Positions 35,115 through 45,265 of a stretch of DNA of 64,000 bases are shown here, one piece after another. How positions within the stretch are numbered: position 1 is the stretch's first letter; every line of letters starts with the position of its first letter. Source of the DNA: Bacillota bacterium (GTDB taxonomy: Bacteria > Bacillota > Clostridia > Lachnospirales > Lachnospiraceae); assembly GCA_023437715.1 (NCBI GenBank), contig JAEZFK010000035.1:16838-80837 (forward strand), read 5' to 3'. The notes under the pieces are model-generated. The model saw only the letters and a program-made list of their open reading frames with translations. It did no database searches and had not been told where the DNA came from. The position numbers and the translations under genes were made by a program.

Positions 35115-36735
35115 TATCGTTTCCTCCATTCAGCCATAATTTCAGCATCTGAGCTGATATTTCCGGATTCTGGTCTGCAAATTCGCGGATATTCTCACGC
35201 AGCTCTGCAACCTTGTCCTTCTCGATCATTGAAAGGTAATCGATTTCTTCTTCCTCCTCTTCCTGGACCGTTGCTGCAATTTCCGCTTCCACAGCAGGGG
35301 TCTCCGGCAGAACCGGTACATCCTCCTGGCTGATTTCCACGGTTTCTTCCTGTTCTCTCTTTCTTCTCCGCCTTGCAGCCAGGACTGCCAGGATAATGAT
35401 GAGAAGAAGCAGTACGCCTGCAGCCGCTGCGCCTAACAGCATCCACCGGTTGAGAACAAGTCCGCCTGCTCCCGTTTCCACAGGAGTCTGGGGCTGAGGA
35501 ACATCAACCGTATAAAACGGAGCCGCAACAACCGTGATCTTTTCCGCCCGGTTGGCCTGGGCGATGCCGGCCGCATTGCCGGCCAGATCCCTGATATCGT
35601 CAGCAGTGAGAGTTCCGAAACCATTTCCGTTAACCACAACGGAAACCGTTAAGTCTTCCAGGGCTCCGGGATTTACCTGGCCCTGTTCCTTGATCTGATT
35701 TAATAAGTAATTTCTGTTTAAGCTGCTGGAGGCATATACATTACTCGCGTCCGTAGCTCCGGCATTGTACTGGGGAATATCCGCATTGGCTTCTGAGCCA
35801 GCCACGCCTGCCGCCGTATTCCCGTCTCCCGAATATTCCTTATTTATAGTTTCCTGGGAGGTAAGACCTGTTTTGTCGTTTTCGTCAATCTTTTCCGGTG
35901 TGTTGTAAACAATGCTCTCCCGGACCAGCTTTTCCATGTTAACAGTACCTTTTGCAGATACCCGGACGTTGCCGTTTCCATATATAGGCCCCAGAACATT
36001 CATGACCTTTGCAGAAATCTGATCCTCAATAGCCTTTGAAATCTCCTCTCCGGCCTTTCCCGAGTTAATGTCCTCATCCTCGGAGCCGACGGAAACTTCC
36101 TTTCCATTGCCGTCAAACACGGAAACATTGTCAATGATCATTCCAGGAATACTTCTGGATATGAGAAGCTGAATGGATTTCGCCTGCTCCTCTGTAGGAG
36201 AGCCTCCGTCTTTCATAACGACAACAGCCTGGGCACTCGCTTCCTTTGCCGTGTCATCAGACAGCGCATACTTGGAAGTGTCTCCCAGGGCTATCGTAAC
36301 ATATGCTTCCTTTACCCCATCAAAAATCTGAATCGTAGATCCGATTCTGGTTTCCAAATCGTAAAGTTTAAACGTCTGCCGATCCGAATCCGTGGTCATG
36401 AGGTTGACATTGTTCTTAAATACATCGTATGTAAAGCCGCTTTTGGGATACCCTTCTGAAACCAGCATGGCTTTCGTGGTATCCATCTGCTCTTCCGGCA
36501 CCAGTATATCACCGTTCTGATACTGGTAACTGACTCCGTCTTCCTGCAGCTTTCCTATGATCTGCTTTGCTTCTTCACTGCCAACGCCTGTAAACATGAC
36601 CTCGTAAGGCTTCTGCCGAAGAGACAGAGCCAGCACCACTGACCCTGCTATGACAGCCACGCCTACGACGCAGGCAATTAAAATCTTCTTTGTTTTATCA
36701 CTCAGCTTACCAAAAACTTCCTTAATCTTATCCAT
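35104..36735 (-). CDS. fliF: MS-ring protein FliF
   Basis: Two TMs, GYPKSG..YD.F, terminal NPEISAQMLKLWL. Confidence 0.95.
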   Translation of the reverse strand: MDKIKEVFGKLSDKTKKILIACVVGVAVIAGSVVLALSLRQKPYEVMFTGVGSEEAKQIIGKLQEDGVSYQYQNGDILVPEEQMDTTKAMLVSEGYPKSGFTYDVFKNNVNLMTTDSDRQTFKLYDLETRIGSTIQIFDGVKEAYVTIALGDTSKYALSDDTAKEASAQAVVVMKDGGSPTEEQAKSIQLLISRSIPGMIIDNVSVFDGNGKEVSVGSEDEDINSGKAGEEISKAIEDQISAKVMNVLGPIYGNGNVRVSAKGTVNMEKLVRESIVYNTPEKIDENDKTGLTSQETINKEYSGDGNTAAGVAGSEANADIPQYNAGATDASNVYASSSLNRNYLLNQIKEQGQVNPGALEDLTVSVVVNGNGFGTLTADDIRDLAGNAAGIAQANRAEKITVVAAPFYTVDVPQPQTPVETGAGGLVLNRWMLLGAAAAGVLLLLIIILAVLAARRRRKREQEETVEISQEDVPVLPETPAVEAEIAATVQEEEEEEIDYLSMIEKDKVAELRENIREFADQNPEISAQMLKLWLNGGNDNGN

Positions 36736-36759
36736 CGCGCCTGTTCGCCCCGTTATTTA

Positions 36760-37071
36760 CTAAATACTGATTCTTATCATTTCGTTGTAGGCTTCCAGCG
36801 CCTTATTCCGGAGAGCTGTTAAAAGCTCCACTGACAGCTGCGCCTTGGCAGCCGCTGCCGGCACCGTGTGAGCGTCATCAATCTGACCTGTGGCAAGTAA
36901 ATACTCCTGATTGGTAAGGTCCTGATCCGTGCTCATCACATTCTGAATTGCTTCTTTAAAGATATCCTTAAATACGGAACTTCCATCCTGACCGGATGTC
37001 ACTTTCTTTGCGCTTCCTATATCCTCTATGGAATTTATGGGATTAATCGGCGTTATAAACATCTGCTCCAA
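36760..37071 (-). CDS. fliE: Hook-basal body protein FliE
   Basis: ATG.IDDAH, LRNKALEAYNEMIRI; TTG start. Confidence 0.93.
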   Translation of the reverse strand: MEQMFITPINPINSIEDIGSAKKVTSGQDGSSVFKDIFKEAIQNVMSTDQDLTNQEYLLATGQIDDAHTVPAAAAKAQLSVELLTALRNKALEAYNEMIRISI

Positions 37072-37088
37072 ATTATGTACCTCCTGTT

Positions 37089-37469
37089 TTAACCTTTAAT
37101 GACCGTACGAAGCCTGCTTATCTCGCTGTTGAATGCATTCAGTTCATACTGGTATTGTAAAGTAGTTCTCGCCAGCTCCACACTTTCCACATCGGCGTTT
37201 ACATTATTTCCATCCATTCTGGCTGATTCATCATTGGTGTTCCGTACAAAATACCTGGAACCATCTATGATATTGTTAATATCTCCGGACGTACCGGTTT
37301 TTCCGGCAAGCAGACGCCTGCGGAATTCATCTTCAAAGGTGACATATTGGGACTTATATCCCGGCGTATCCACATTTGCAATGTTATTCATGGTTACCCG
37401 CTGCTTTGACCACAGATAATCCAGTGATTTTTCTGCCATGGAAAGGTTATTTCCAAATATTGAATTCAT
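37089..37469 (-). CDS. flgB: Basal-body rod protein FlgB
   Basis: NNIANVDTPGYK, RMDGNNVNAD.E. Confidence 0.96.
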   Translation of the reverse strand: MNSIFGNNLSMAEKSLDYLWSKQRVTMNNIANVDTPGYKSQYVTFEDEFRRRLLAGKTGTSGDINNIIDGSRYFVRNTNDESARMDGNNVNADVESVELARTTLQYQYELNAFNSEISRLRTVIKG

Positions 37470-37603
37470 GGGATTGTTCCTCACTTTCTGCTCCTCCGGC
37501 GATGCGCCGGTGAAACACATTCCAGCCGTCTTTGGTGACAAATCGGGTTATACTTCGACAGCTTTTTACATAAAAATTGGTTTTTTGTAATTATGCTTAC
37601 CTT

Positions 37604-37632
37604 ATTTTACATATTATTACAACCATTGTCAA
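37604..37632 (-). promoter_or_regulatory. Sigma-A promoter of the flgB operon
   Basis: Minus strand TTGACA-N17-TAAAAT. Confidence 0.8.
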
Positions 37633-37658
37633 GAAAGTTCTGACCGGCGAAAGCCGAT

Positions 37659-38138
37659 TTAAAGCGCCTCCTGAGCCTCATCTTCATGAAGAAGATGATT
37701 TATTTCTTTCTCGTCAATCAGCAGCAGAAGCTGATCTCCTGACAGGGCCGAGGCTACTCCGCCCACCAGCTCCGAGCGGCTGATCTTGTCTACCGCGGTG
37801 TCCTGGTAAATTTCACCAATTGGCTCAACACCGTCAATTTCATCTACGATAAGGGCCACCCTCTGTTCGCCCTCCCGCTTTATGACAATCATCATGCTCG
37901 GGCTGTCTTCCTCGGAAGCCTCTGCGGCCTTGCTGCCCTCTATGCCAAAAGCTTTTCTTAAATCAATGAGGGTGATTATCTTTCCTCTCTGTTTTACGAT
38001 TCCTCTGACATAGGGCATTGCCTCCGGAACGGCCGTTATCTGTTCCGGTACCATGCTGATTCCTTCGATGCAGCTGCTGCTGGCTGCATACATATTGTCT
38101 GCCACTTTAAAAAGTACCCATAAATCATCCTTACCCAA
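37659..38138 (-). CDS. cheW: Chemotaxis adaptor CheW
   Basis: ITAVPEAMPYVRGIV..RGKIITLIDL, VALIVDEI; TTG start. Confidence 0.9.
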   Translation of the reverse strand: MGKDDLWVLFKVADNMYAASSSCIEGISMVPEQITAVPEAMPYVRGIVKQRGKIITLIDLRKAFGIEGSKAAEASEEDSPSMMIVIKREGEQRVALIVDEIDGVEPIGEIYQDTAVDKISRSELVGGVASALSGDQLLLLIDEKEINHLLHEDEAQEAL

Positions 38139-38513
38139 TATTTCCGCCTCCTGGTTCCCCTTGTAATAATCCGATCCTTTTGCATCCTCCTGATTTTCAG
38201 TCTTTCGATTAAATATAATCAGATTGCAGCAATGTTTTGGTTACATTTCATTCAAATCAAACCATCTCATTAATAATGTCGAAACTTTAAAGCAAAAAAT
38301 AGAGGATTTTTGTCGATTGGTGTCTTTTTCCATTATACAAACAGATTGTCCGATTGTAAAGAAAATAGATAAGATTTTTGGTTACAACTTATCGCATGAT
38401 TTTCTGATAATTTCCGTGTTTGTAACCAAGCAAAAAAGAATTTGTCAGCAATAGCAGTTTTTTTTGTACATTATATAAAAATTTGAATAATCCCACTATT
38501 ATTTATAGAAAGC

Positions 38514-38571
38514 AAAAAATACAGAAAACATCTGATATGGGAGTACCATTCAGATGTTTTCTGTATTTTTT
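38514..38571. terminator. 22-bp perfect inverted repeat, probable terminator of the histidine kinase operon
   Basis: AAAAAATACAGAAAACATCTGA-N14-TCAGATGTTTTCTGTATTTTTT. Confidence 0.7.
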
Positions 38572-38704
38572 CTGCGGCAAGACCGGAAATTACTGTCAGA
38601 ATACGATTCATTTCTGAAAACTTTCAGACGTCCTGCTTCCTTTATTTCCCAGATTCCATAATTGATCCGGTTCTTTCCTATTATAATGCTATGTTTGTAT
38701 TACC

Positions 38705-40237
38705 TTATATAGTCTCCTTATAACAATCCAGGGTAAACCAGAATTCCACCCCTCCCTGCACGTTGCGGACGCCGCAGGATTTATGATGGGAATCCATAAT
38801 GGCCTTTACAATGGAAAGTCCGATGCCGCTTCCCCCATATTCTCTGGTATGGGCCTTATCCACCTTGAAGAATTTCGTCCAAAGCTTTGGTAAGTCCTCC
38901 TCAGGGATATTCGCCCCGGTGTTGAAAACGGTCACAAGGGCTTCTTCCCCGTTGTCCTCAGCGGTGATGACGATTTTACGTTCCCCGGACAGATGGTTTA
39001 AGGCATTATTTAAATAGTTGGTGATGACTTCCTCTATTTTAAACTCATCGGCGTATACATAGATGGGACCGCAGTTTTCCAGCTTTACCGCCGCATCTTT
39101 CTGCTGCATTAAAATGCCTGCCGAATTCATGACGCCCCGGATCAGCTCCGTTAACTCAAAGCGTTCCAGATTGAGGCTGTCGCTGCCGAATTCCAAAGCC
39201 GTAAGGTTTAACAGCTGGCGGACCATCTGGTTCATCTTACCTGCTTCGTCCACGATCACGCCGCAGTAATAATCCCGGCTTTCGGGATCCTCTGCCATGC
39301 CTTCCATCAGGCCTTCCGCATAGCCCTGTATGAGGGCGATGGGAGTTTTTAATTCATGGGATACGTTGGCAATAAAGTCTTTCCGCATCTCGTCCACCTT
39401 GACCTTTTCTGCAATATCCCTTTGCAGCTCCAAGTTGGCCTCCCGAAGCTGGCCGATGGTGCCCCTTAAAGTATCCGACAATTTATTCATGCTGTTTCCG
39501 AGAACTGCAATTTCATCCTCTTCTTTTCCGGTGTATTTTGCATCAAAGTCCAGGGCGGACATTTTTTCCGATAAGTTGGCAAGCTGCAGGATGGGGGAAG
39601 TGATCCGTTTCGTAGTAAAATAAATAAAACAGCTTCCTACAAACAGCGCCACCATCCCTACATATGCCAGAAAACGGTTTGCCAGAGACACGCTGTCCCG
39701 GATACTGGCCAGGGGAATGGAAAGCAGAAAGATGGTTTTATTGTCTGAAAAATATCCCCAGCTTTCCAGATAATAGGAATCGGAACGGTTGTCATAGGTT
39801 TTCTGGATGATGTAATTGTCATATTTTTTCAGGATGCTGGCCTGAGGCATATCCTTTCCGAAAATGTAGGTATCCACCCGGTTTCTCAAGAACTGCCGGT
39901 CTCCGAGAGAGAGAACTTCATCGGTAGTGCTGTCAACGAGCACCATCGTTAAGTTATATTTTTCTCCCATGATCCGGAACATCTTCTGGGCAGGGCCTTC
40001 TGTTTTAAAATCCGGATCATAGGACTCCCGGTAATATTCTATGATCCCTTTTCCGCTTTCATTGGCCTGGGTCACCATGCTGTCAATCTGGGTGTAGGCC
40101 TTTTCCAGTATCCGCACCTTATCACTGGTATAAAAGTCTTCCAGAAACCAGTTGTTCACGCACCATGTAGAAATCAGGACAAGAGCCATCAAGCATACAA
40201 ATATGATGGCAATGCGCGCTCTTATGGAATGCCTCAT
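38705..40237 (-). CDS. HAMP sensor histidine kinase
   Basis: Two TMs, HAMP, ANVSHELKTP, NALNH, GGSGIGLSIV. Confidence 0.95.
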   Translation of the reverse strand: MRHSIRARIAIIFVCLMALVLISTWCVNNWFLEDFYTSDKVRILEKAYTQIDSMVTQANESGKGIIEYYRESYDPDFKTEGPAQKMFRIMGEKYNLTMVLVDSTTDEVLSLGDRQFLRNRVDTYIFGKDMPQASILKKYDNYIIQKTYDNRSDSYYLESWGYFSDNKTIFLLSIPLASIRDSVSLANRFLAYVGMVALFVGSCFIYFTTKRITSPILQLANLSEKMSALDFDAKYTGKEEDEIAVLGNSMNKLSDTLRGTIGQLREANLELQRDIAEKVKVDEMRKDFIANVSHELKTPIALIQGYAEGLMEGMAEDPESRDYYCGVIVDEAGKMNQMVRQLLNLTALEFGSDSLNLERFELTELIRGVMNSAGILMQQKDAAVKLENCGPIYVYADEFKIEEVITNYLNNALNHLSGERKIVITAEDNGEEALVTVFNTGANIPEEDLPKLWTKFFKVDKAHTREYGGSGIGLSIVKAIMDSHHKSCGVRNVQGGVEFWFTLDCYKETI

Positions 40238-40911
40238 TCACTCACCTCGAATTTATATCCCATTCCCCATATGGTTTTAATGAAATCGCCCTTTTCTCCC
40301 ATTTTACTCCTTAACTTTTTTACATGAGTATCTATGGTCCGGGCATCGCCAAAGTAATCATAATTCCACACATTGTTCAGTATCTTCTCCCGGGACAGGG
40401 CAATTCCCTGATTTTCCAGGAAATAGGCCAGGAGTTCAAATTCCTTGTAGCTTAAGTCAATATTTTTCCCGTCAATGGTAACCTGATGGGCCGCCTTGTC
40501 AATGCAGATGCCGCCGATTTCCACCAGGTCCGCCGCAACGGCATTGCTGCGCCTTAAGATAGCTTCCACCCGGGCCACTAAAATCTTGGGGCTGAAGGGC
40601 TTGGAAATATATTCGTCCACGCCTAAGTCAAAGCCCTGAAGCTCGTCCCGCTCCTCGCTTCTGGCAGTCAGCATGATGATGGGAACCTGGGAGTATTTGC
40701 GGATGGTTTTGCAGGTCTCCCAGCCGTCCATTTTAGGCATCATCACATCAAGAATAATCAGCACAATATCTTTCTGTTCAAAAAAAATGTCCACAGCCTC
40801 TTCGCCGTTGGCGGCTTCTATGACAGTAAAGCCCTTCACGCTTAAAAAGTCTTTTACCAGCTTCCTCATTCTGGCTTCATCATCTACCACTAATATTTTT
40901 AACTGCTCCAT
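40234..40911 (-). CDS. OmpR/PhoB-family response regulator
   Basis: VVDDE, LDVMMP, KPF, RTIDTHVKKLRSK, TIWGMGYKF. Confidence 0.96.
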   Translation of the reverse strand: MEQLKILVVDDEARMRKLVKDFLSVKGFTVIEAANGEEAVDIFFEQKDIVLIILDVMMPKMDGWETCKTIRKYSQVPIIMLTARSEERDELQGFDLGVDEYISKPFSPKILVARVEAILRRSNAVAADLVEIGGICIDKAAHQVTIDGKNIDLSYKEFELLAYFLENQGIALSREKILNNVWNYDYFGDARTIDTHVKKLRSKMGEKGDFIKTIWGMGYKFEVSE

Positions 40912-40964
40912 ATATAATTTCCTCCCAAAATCAGATCCATTCAATAATTTTATTTCTGAAACAT

Positions 40965-41023
40965 ATTGTAGCAAATTGGTGGGAGAATTTCTATACTTTC
41001 ACAGAGATTTCACACTATTTCAC
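40965..41023 (-). promoter_or_regulatory. Extended -10 promoter with upstream GTGAAA direct repeats
   Basis: Minus TGcTACAAT (40965-40973); TTTCAC at 40997, 41008, 41018. Confidence 0.55.
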
Positions 41024-41032
41024 CTAAGACTG

Positions 41033-41084
41033 AAAAAAGGGCTTCTGCAGAAAGAGAATGAATTCTCTCTCATGCAAAAGCCCT
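41033..41084 (-). terminator. Terminator of kduI
   Basis: AGGGCTT...AAGCCCT imperfect stem followed by T tract on minus strand. Confidence 0.6.
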
Positions 41085-41098
41085 GTCACTATTAAAAA

Positions 41099-41941
41099 TT
41101 ATCTCAATTCTGTGGTAGGAATGTTGTCCATATCATCGAAAGCCTGATTCTCTCCGCCCATTGCCCAAATGAAAGTATAGTTGCTTGTGCCTGCGCCGGA
41201 GTGGATGCTCCAGGAGGGGCTGATTACCGCCTGCTCGTTCTGCATGACGATGTGCCTTGTCTCCTTACCCTCACCCATCATGTGGAATACCACATTGTTT
41301 TCCGGAATCTCGAAATACATATAAATTTCCATGCGTCTCTCATGGGTGTGGGCCGGCATGGTGTTCCATACGCTGCCCGCATCCAGCACGGTCATGCCCA
41401 TGGACAGCTGGCAGGTCTCCAGTACGTCGGGATGGATAAACTGGTTGATCACCCGCTTGTTGGCAGTCTCCATGGCGCCCAGGGGCTTTTTGGCAGCCTT
41501 TTCAATGGGGATGAAAGTCGTCTTGCAGGCCTTGTGAGCCGGAGCGCTGACCATATAGAATTTCGCCGGGTTGGAGGCATCATCGCTTGAAAAAACAACT
41601 TCCTTTGTTCCCTTTGTAATATATAAACAATCCTTATATCCCATCTTGAATTCTTCGCCGTCTGCGGTAATCTTTCCTGCACCGCCGATATTGAAGATTC
41701 CCACTTCACGTCTCTCAAGGAAATAGCCTGTACCAAAATTTTTCCAGATATCAATCCCCTTGTCAATGGAAACAGTCTCTGTGGTAGGCATGCAGCCCAG
41801 AGTGACCATGCGGTCCACGTGTGAATAAACAGCTATAACTTCATTGGCAACGTATAAGTTCTCGATTAAAAATTCATTTCTGGTTTCTTCAGTTGTATAA
41901 CGTTTGAAATCTTTCTGATTTGCGGAATAACGGATATCCAT
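41099..41941 (-). CDS. kduI: 5-dehydro-4-deoxy-D-glucuronate isomerase
   Basis: YSHVDR, WNTMPAHTHERRME, SPSWSIHSG.GT, MGGENQ.FDDMD. Confidence 0.97.
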   Translation of the reverse strand: MDIRYSANQKDFKRYTTEETRNEFLIENLYVANEVIAVYSHVDRMVTLGCMPTTETVSIDKGIDIWKNFGTGYFLERREVGIFNIGGAGKITADGEEFKMGYKDCLYITKGTKEVVFSSDDASNPAKFYMVSAPAHKACKTTFIPIEKAAKKPLGAMETANKRVINQFIHPDVLETCQLSMGMTVLDAGSVWNTMPAHTHERRMEIYMYFEIPENNVVFHMMGEGKETRHIVMQNEQAVISPSWSIHSGAGTSNYTFIWAMGGENQAFDDMDNIPTTELR

Positions 41942-42084
41942 TTATAAAAACCTCCTTGTTAAGTGTTAAATGTTGATAAAAAGATAAATATAGAAATAAC
42001 TGACCAATTCAATGGTATCACAAGGAGATGTTTAATTCAATATCTTATTCAATATATCATCAAAAAGAACATAAAACCTTATCT

Positions 42085-43836
42085 TTATTCTGTTTCATCC
42101 GCAATTTTAAATCTTCCGATCTCTTCCCGCAGCAGGCTGGCCTGGGCGGACAGTTCCTGGCTGGAAGCGGAGCTTTCCTCCGCGGTGGCGGCATTGCTCT
42201 GGACCACCGAGGAAATCTGGGTAATTCCGTAAGTCGCCTGGCTGATGGCGGCAGCCTGCTTGCGGGAAGCCTCTTCCACGTTTTCCATAAGCCCTTTCAC
42301 ATGCTTTGCCTGATTGGTTACGTCTACAAGGATAGCCGCATTTTCCTGGGCGATGGTAAGCCCCTCTTCCACAGCCCGTGATGAATTTCCCACCAGCAGG
42401 GCGGTCCGCTTGGCGGCCTCAGCCGCTTTGGCTGCAAGGCCTCTCACCTCATCGGCCACAATGGCAAAGCCCTTGCCCGCCTCACCGGCCCGGGCCGCTT
42501 CTACCGCCGCATTAAGGGCCAGAAGGCTGGTCTGGGAAGCAATTCCTTCTATATCCTGGGTGATCCGGCTGATTTCACCGGAAGTCATTTTGATCTCATC
42601 CATGGCGGTCAGCATCTGCTGCATTTTATCATTGCTTTCTTCTACCCGCCCCACTGCCTGCTCCATATGTCCCGTTGCCTCATCAATATGGGCAGAATTC
42701 TGTTCTATCTGGACGGAAACCTCGGTTACGAATGAAGAAAGTCCTTCAATGGTTTCGGCCTGCTCAGCGGTTCCTGACGCCAGGGCCTGAGCGGCATCAG
42801 CCACCTGGGAGGCACCGGCGTTTACCTGCTCGGCGGACCGGCGGATGGCCTGAAGAGTCCTGTTCAGCTGGCGGTAAATGAGAAGCAGGGAAGCGTGAAT
42901 CGGTGCAAAGTCTCCCTTATATTCTGCTTCTACCGGCAGAGTCAAATCTCCCTTGGCCACGTTTTCCAGATGTCTGGTGATGCCGCTGACCACCTCCCGC
43001 ATCTGATTAATGAGCTCATCCGTTGCCTGGGACAGCACCTCCATCTCATCGTTGGTCCTGCTTACAGGCACAGGAGGCGTATGCACATCCCCGTCGGCCA
43101 GAAGCTTAAGGCGTCCTGCTATGGGATTTAAGGTCAGGGTAATGCGGCCTACCAGAACGCTCAGGCCCAGAATGCCGGCTGCGCAGAGGATCACGGAAAT
43201 CCCCAGCATCATGAGGAGTGACTGTACCTTCTGCCTCTGGCTGCCCGCAACCATGGCGTCAATATCATCAATGTAATTTCCCGTGCTGATATACCAGTCA
43301 TAAGGTTCAAATTTCAGGGTATAGGCCCGCTTTGGAAAAACGCCTTCCTGCCCGGGCTTGGTGAAATAAAAATCTGTAAAGCCGCCTTCCGGATTTGAAC
43401 CGTTTTTAATAAAGCTTTGAATATAATAATTGCCGTTTAAATCCTGTTCGTTGTACCGTTCCTTGCCCTCGTACTCAGGGTTCATATGTACGGCGCACAG
43501 GCCTGTGGACGTATCCGCCCAGAAATAGCCTTCTCCGTTGTTATAGCGGGTATCCCGGACAATGCTTTCCGCAGTTTCCCGGGCCTCCTGTTCGCTGATC
43601 TCGCCGTTTTTAAAGCGGTCGTAGTTGACCTCCAGCACGCTCACCAGGCTTTCCACCGCAGTTTTTACATCGTTGTCATAGCTTTCATAGCTTGTATTGA
43701 TCCAGCTTTGATATGCCAGATCCAGCTTTACATAAAATACCGCCGTCAATATAAGAATGGTGCCCAGCATCAAAGCGCTTACAAATAATGTGAGCTTTCC
43801 TCTTACCTGCAATCCTTGTCTCTTTTGTTTTTCCAT
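42085..43836 (-). CDS. Methyl-accepting chemotaxis protein with Cache sensor domain
   Basis: TM-Cache (RY...GYFW)-[27 protein letters not shown]. Confidence 0.95.
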   Translation of the reverse strand: MEKQKRQGLQVRGKLTLFVSALMLGTILILTAVFYVKLDLAYQSWINTSYESYDNDVKTAVESLVSVLEVNYDRFKNGEISEQEARETAESIVRDTRYNNGEGYFWADTSTGLCAVHMNPEYEGKERYNEQDLNGNYYIQSFIKNGSNPEGGFTDFYFTKPGQEGVFPKRAYTLKFEPYDWYISTGNYIDDIDAMVAGSQRQKVQSLLMMLGISVILCAAGILGLSVLVGRITLTLNPIAGRLKLLADGDVHTPPVPVSRTNDEMEVLSQATDELINQMREVVSGITRHLENVAKGDLTLPVEAEYKGDFAPIHASLLLIYRQLNRTLQAIRRSAEQVNAGASQVADAAQALASGTAEQAETIEGLSSFVTEVSVQIEQNSAHIDEATGHMEQAVGRVEESNDKMQQMLTAMDEIKMTSGEISRITQDIEGIASQTSLLALNAAVEAARAGEAGKGFAIVADEVRGLAAKAAEAAKRTALLVGNSSRAVEEGLTIAQENAAILVDVTNQAKHVKGLMENVEEASRKQAAAISQATYGITQISSVVQSNAATAEESSASSQELSAQASLLREEIGRFKIADETE

Positions 43837-44080
43837 TTTCCAGTCCTCCATGATTGCATTTATTGTATATATTTTCACGTTTTATCGCTCTATTTCAAAT
43901 CATACCTCTTTCGTGGGAATAATTCAATGGATTTTCCTTTATCTTCCTGTGGAACTATTTGAATATTTTTCATTATTTGTATAATAACTGAAGATTTGAT
44001 TGATTTTTGTAGATGAGATCTTGCATTGTATGTAATATAAGCAGTTTCCTTTTTCTCAGGCTTTATGAGAAAAAATGACA

Positions 44081-44135
44081 AAAAGCTATCCCAAAACCAG
44101 GAAAAGCAGGCAGGCTCCATGGCTTTGGGATAGCT
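44081..44135 (-). terminator. Terminator after the glycosyltransferase pair
   Basis: AGCTATCCCAAA...TTTGGGATAGCT with T tract on minus strand. Confidence 0.55.
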
Positions 44136-44146
44136 GCATCATTTAT

Positions 44147-45265
44147 TTACGTTTTCTTCTGGCAGGCTGCTTCGATTAAATCCAAATTATTTTTCAGCCT
44201 CTGGTTTTCCGGAGCATAGGCAAGGGCGTTTTTGGCGTGCTCCAGGGATTTTTCAAACATATTCAGCCTATAGGTGGCAATGGCACAGAGGTCATCCAGG
44301 GTATAGTCCCAGGAGTAGCCCATATTGACGTAGCTCCTTGATTTTTCCTTGATTTTCAGCGCCTCTTCCGACAGGAAGTAGGTCATGGGCCAGTCTCCCC
44401 GTTCGTAGCATGCCTGAGCGAATTCCACATATGGATCGCGCATTTCCGGCAGCTCTGCAATGGCCCTGTAATACCAGTTGTAGGCTTCCTTTATATTTCC
44501 CATCCGGAAATAGGATTTGGCGATCCAGCGCATGGAGGCGCACCGTTCGTCGCGCCATTCGGCGGCAGGCAGGGAAAGATATGCCGTCAGAGTATCAATA
44601 CATTTTTTCCATTGGCCCTTATACATATATTCTCTTCCCAGATAATAGCGCATCCGCTCATCCTCCGGCGCTTCGTTTACGGCCATTTCCAGAAGGGGGA
44701 GGTAGGATCCCCGGGATTTGGTCGGGTCCGGATAATGATTGAGCACCATTCCGTCAATATATATGGTTTCATAAGGCAGACTGCCTACGTATTGAATGAA
44801 TTCGTGAACAGGGCATTTCCAGCGGAAGCCGTGGCGTTCATGGACCTTGAAATAGTAGAACTGGACATCGGGCGTGCCGTCCTCCTTGAGCCTCCAGTTG
44901 TAAAGATACTTTCCTGTTCTTGCGACCTTTCCGATGTTTTCCGGCTTCTGATTCATCCACGCTTTCTCAAGGCTGCTCCGCCAGCCTGGCTCAAACAGTT
45001 CGTCTAAGTCCGTGCAGACGCAGATATCCACATCCTCAGGAACATGATCCAGGGAAATATTCCGTGCCACGTCAAATCTCCAGGGCTTTACCGGGTCCAC
45101 ATATACAATGGCCCCTCTTTCCCTCAGCCGTTCCACCGTGCCGTCGTCGGAGCCTGTATCCGTAACCACGATTAAGTCCGCTTCGCTCATGGAGTCCATC
45201 CACCGGTCTACAAACTGGACCTCATTTTTACAGATGGCATATACACAGATCTTATATTTGCTCAT
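44147..45265 (-). CDS. GT2 glycosyltransferase with TPR repeats
   Basis: YAICKNE, DTGSDDGT, FDVARN, DLDE, VHE; C-terminal TPRs. Confidence 0.9.
   Translation of the reverse strand: MSKYKICVYAICKNEVQFVDRWMDSMSEADLIVVTDTGSDDGTVERLRERGAIVYVDPVKPWRFDVARNISLDHVPEDVDICVCTDLDELFEPGWRSSLEKAWMNQKPENIGKVARTGKYLYNWRLKEDGTPDVQFYYFKVHERHGFRWKCPVHEFIQYVGSLPYETIYIDGMVLNHYPDPTKSRGSYLPLLEMAVNEAPEDERMRYYLGREYMYKGQWKKCIDTLTAYLSLPAAEWRDERCASMRWIAKSYFRMGNIKEAYNWYYRAIAELPEMRDPYVEFAQACYERGDWPMTYFLSEEALKIKEKSRSYVNMGYSWDYTLDDLCAIATYRLNMFEKSLEHAKNALAYAPENQRLKNNLDLIEAACQKKT

Noticed and set aside
37470..37600. c-di-GMP riboswitch or invertible phase switch upstream of flgB (as in C. difficile)
   Set aside because: Leader is only about 125 nt; no GGCAAA...GACGCAAAGC core and no long flanking inverted repeats seen
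38224..38454. 76-aa ORF upstream of cheW
   Set aside because: No RBS, AT-rich regulatory-looking sequence, no recognisable motif
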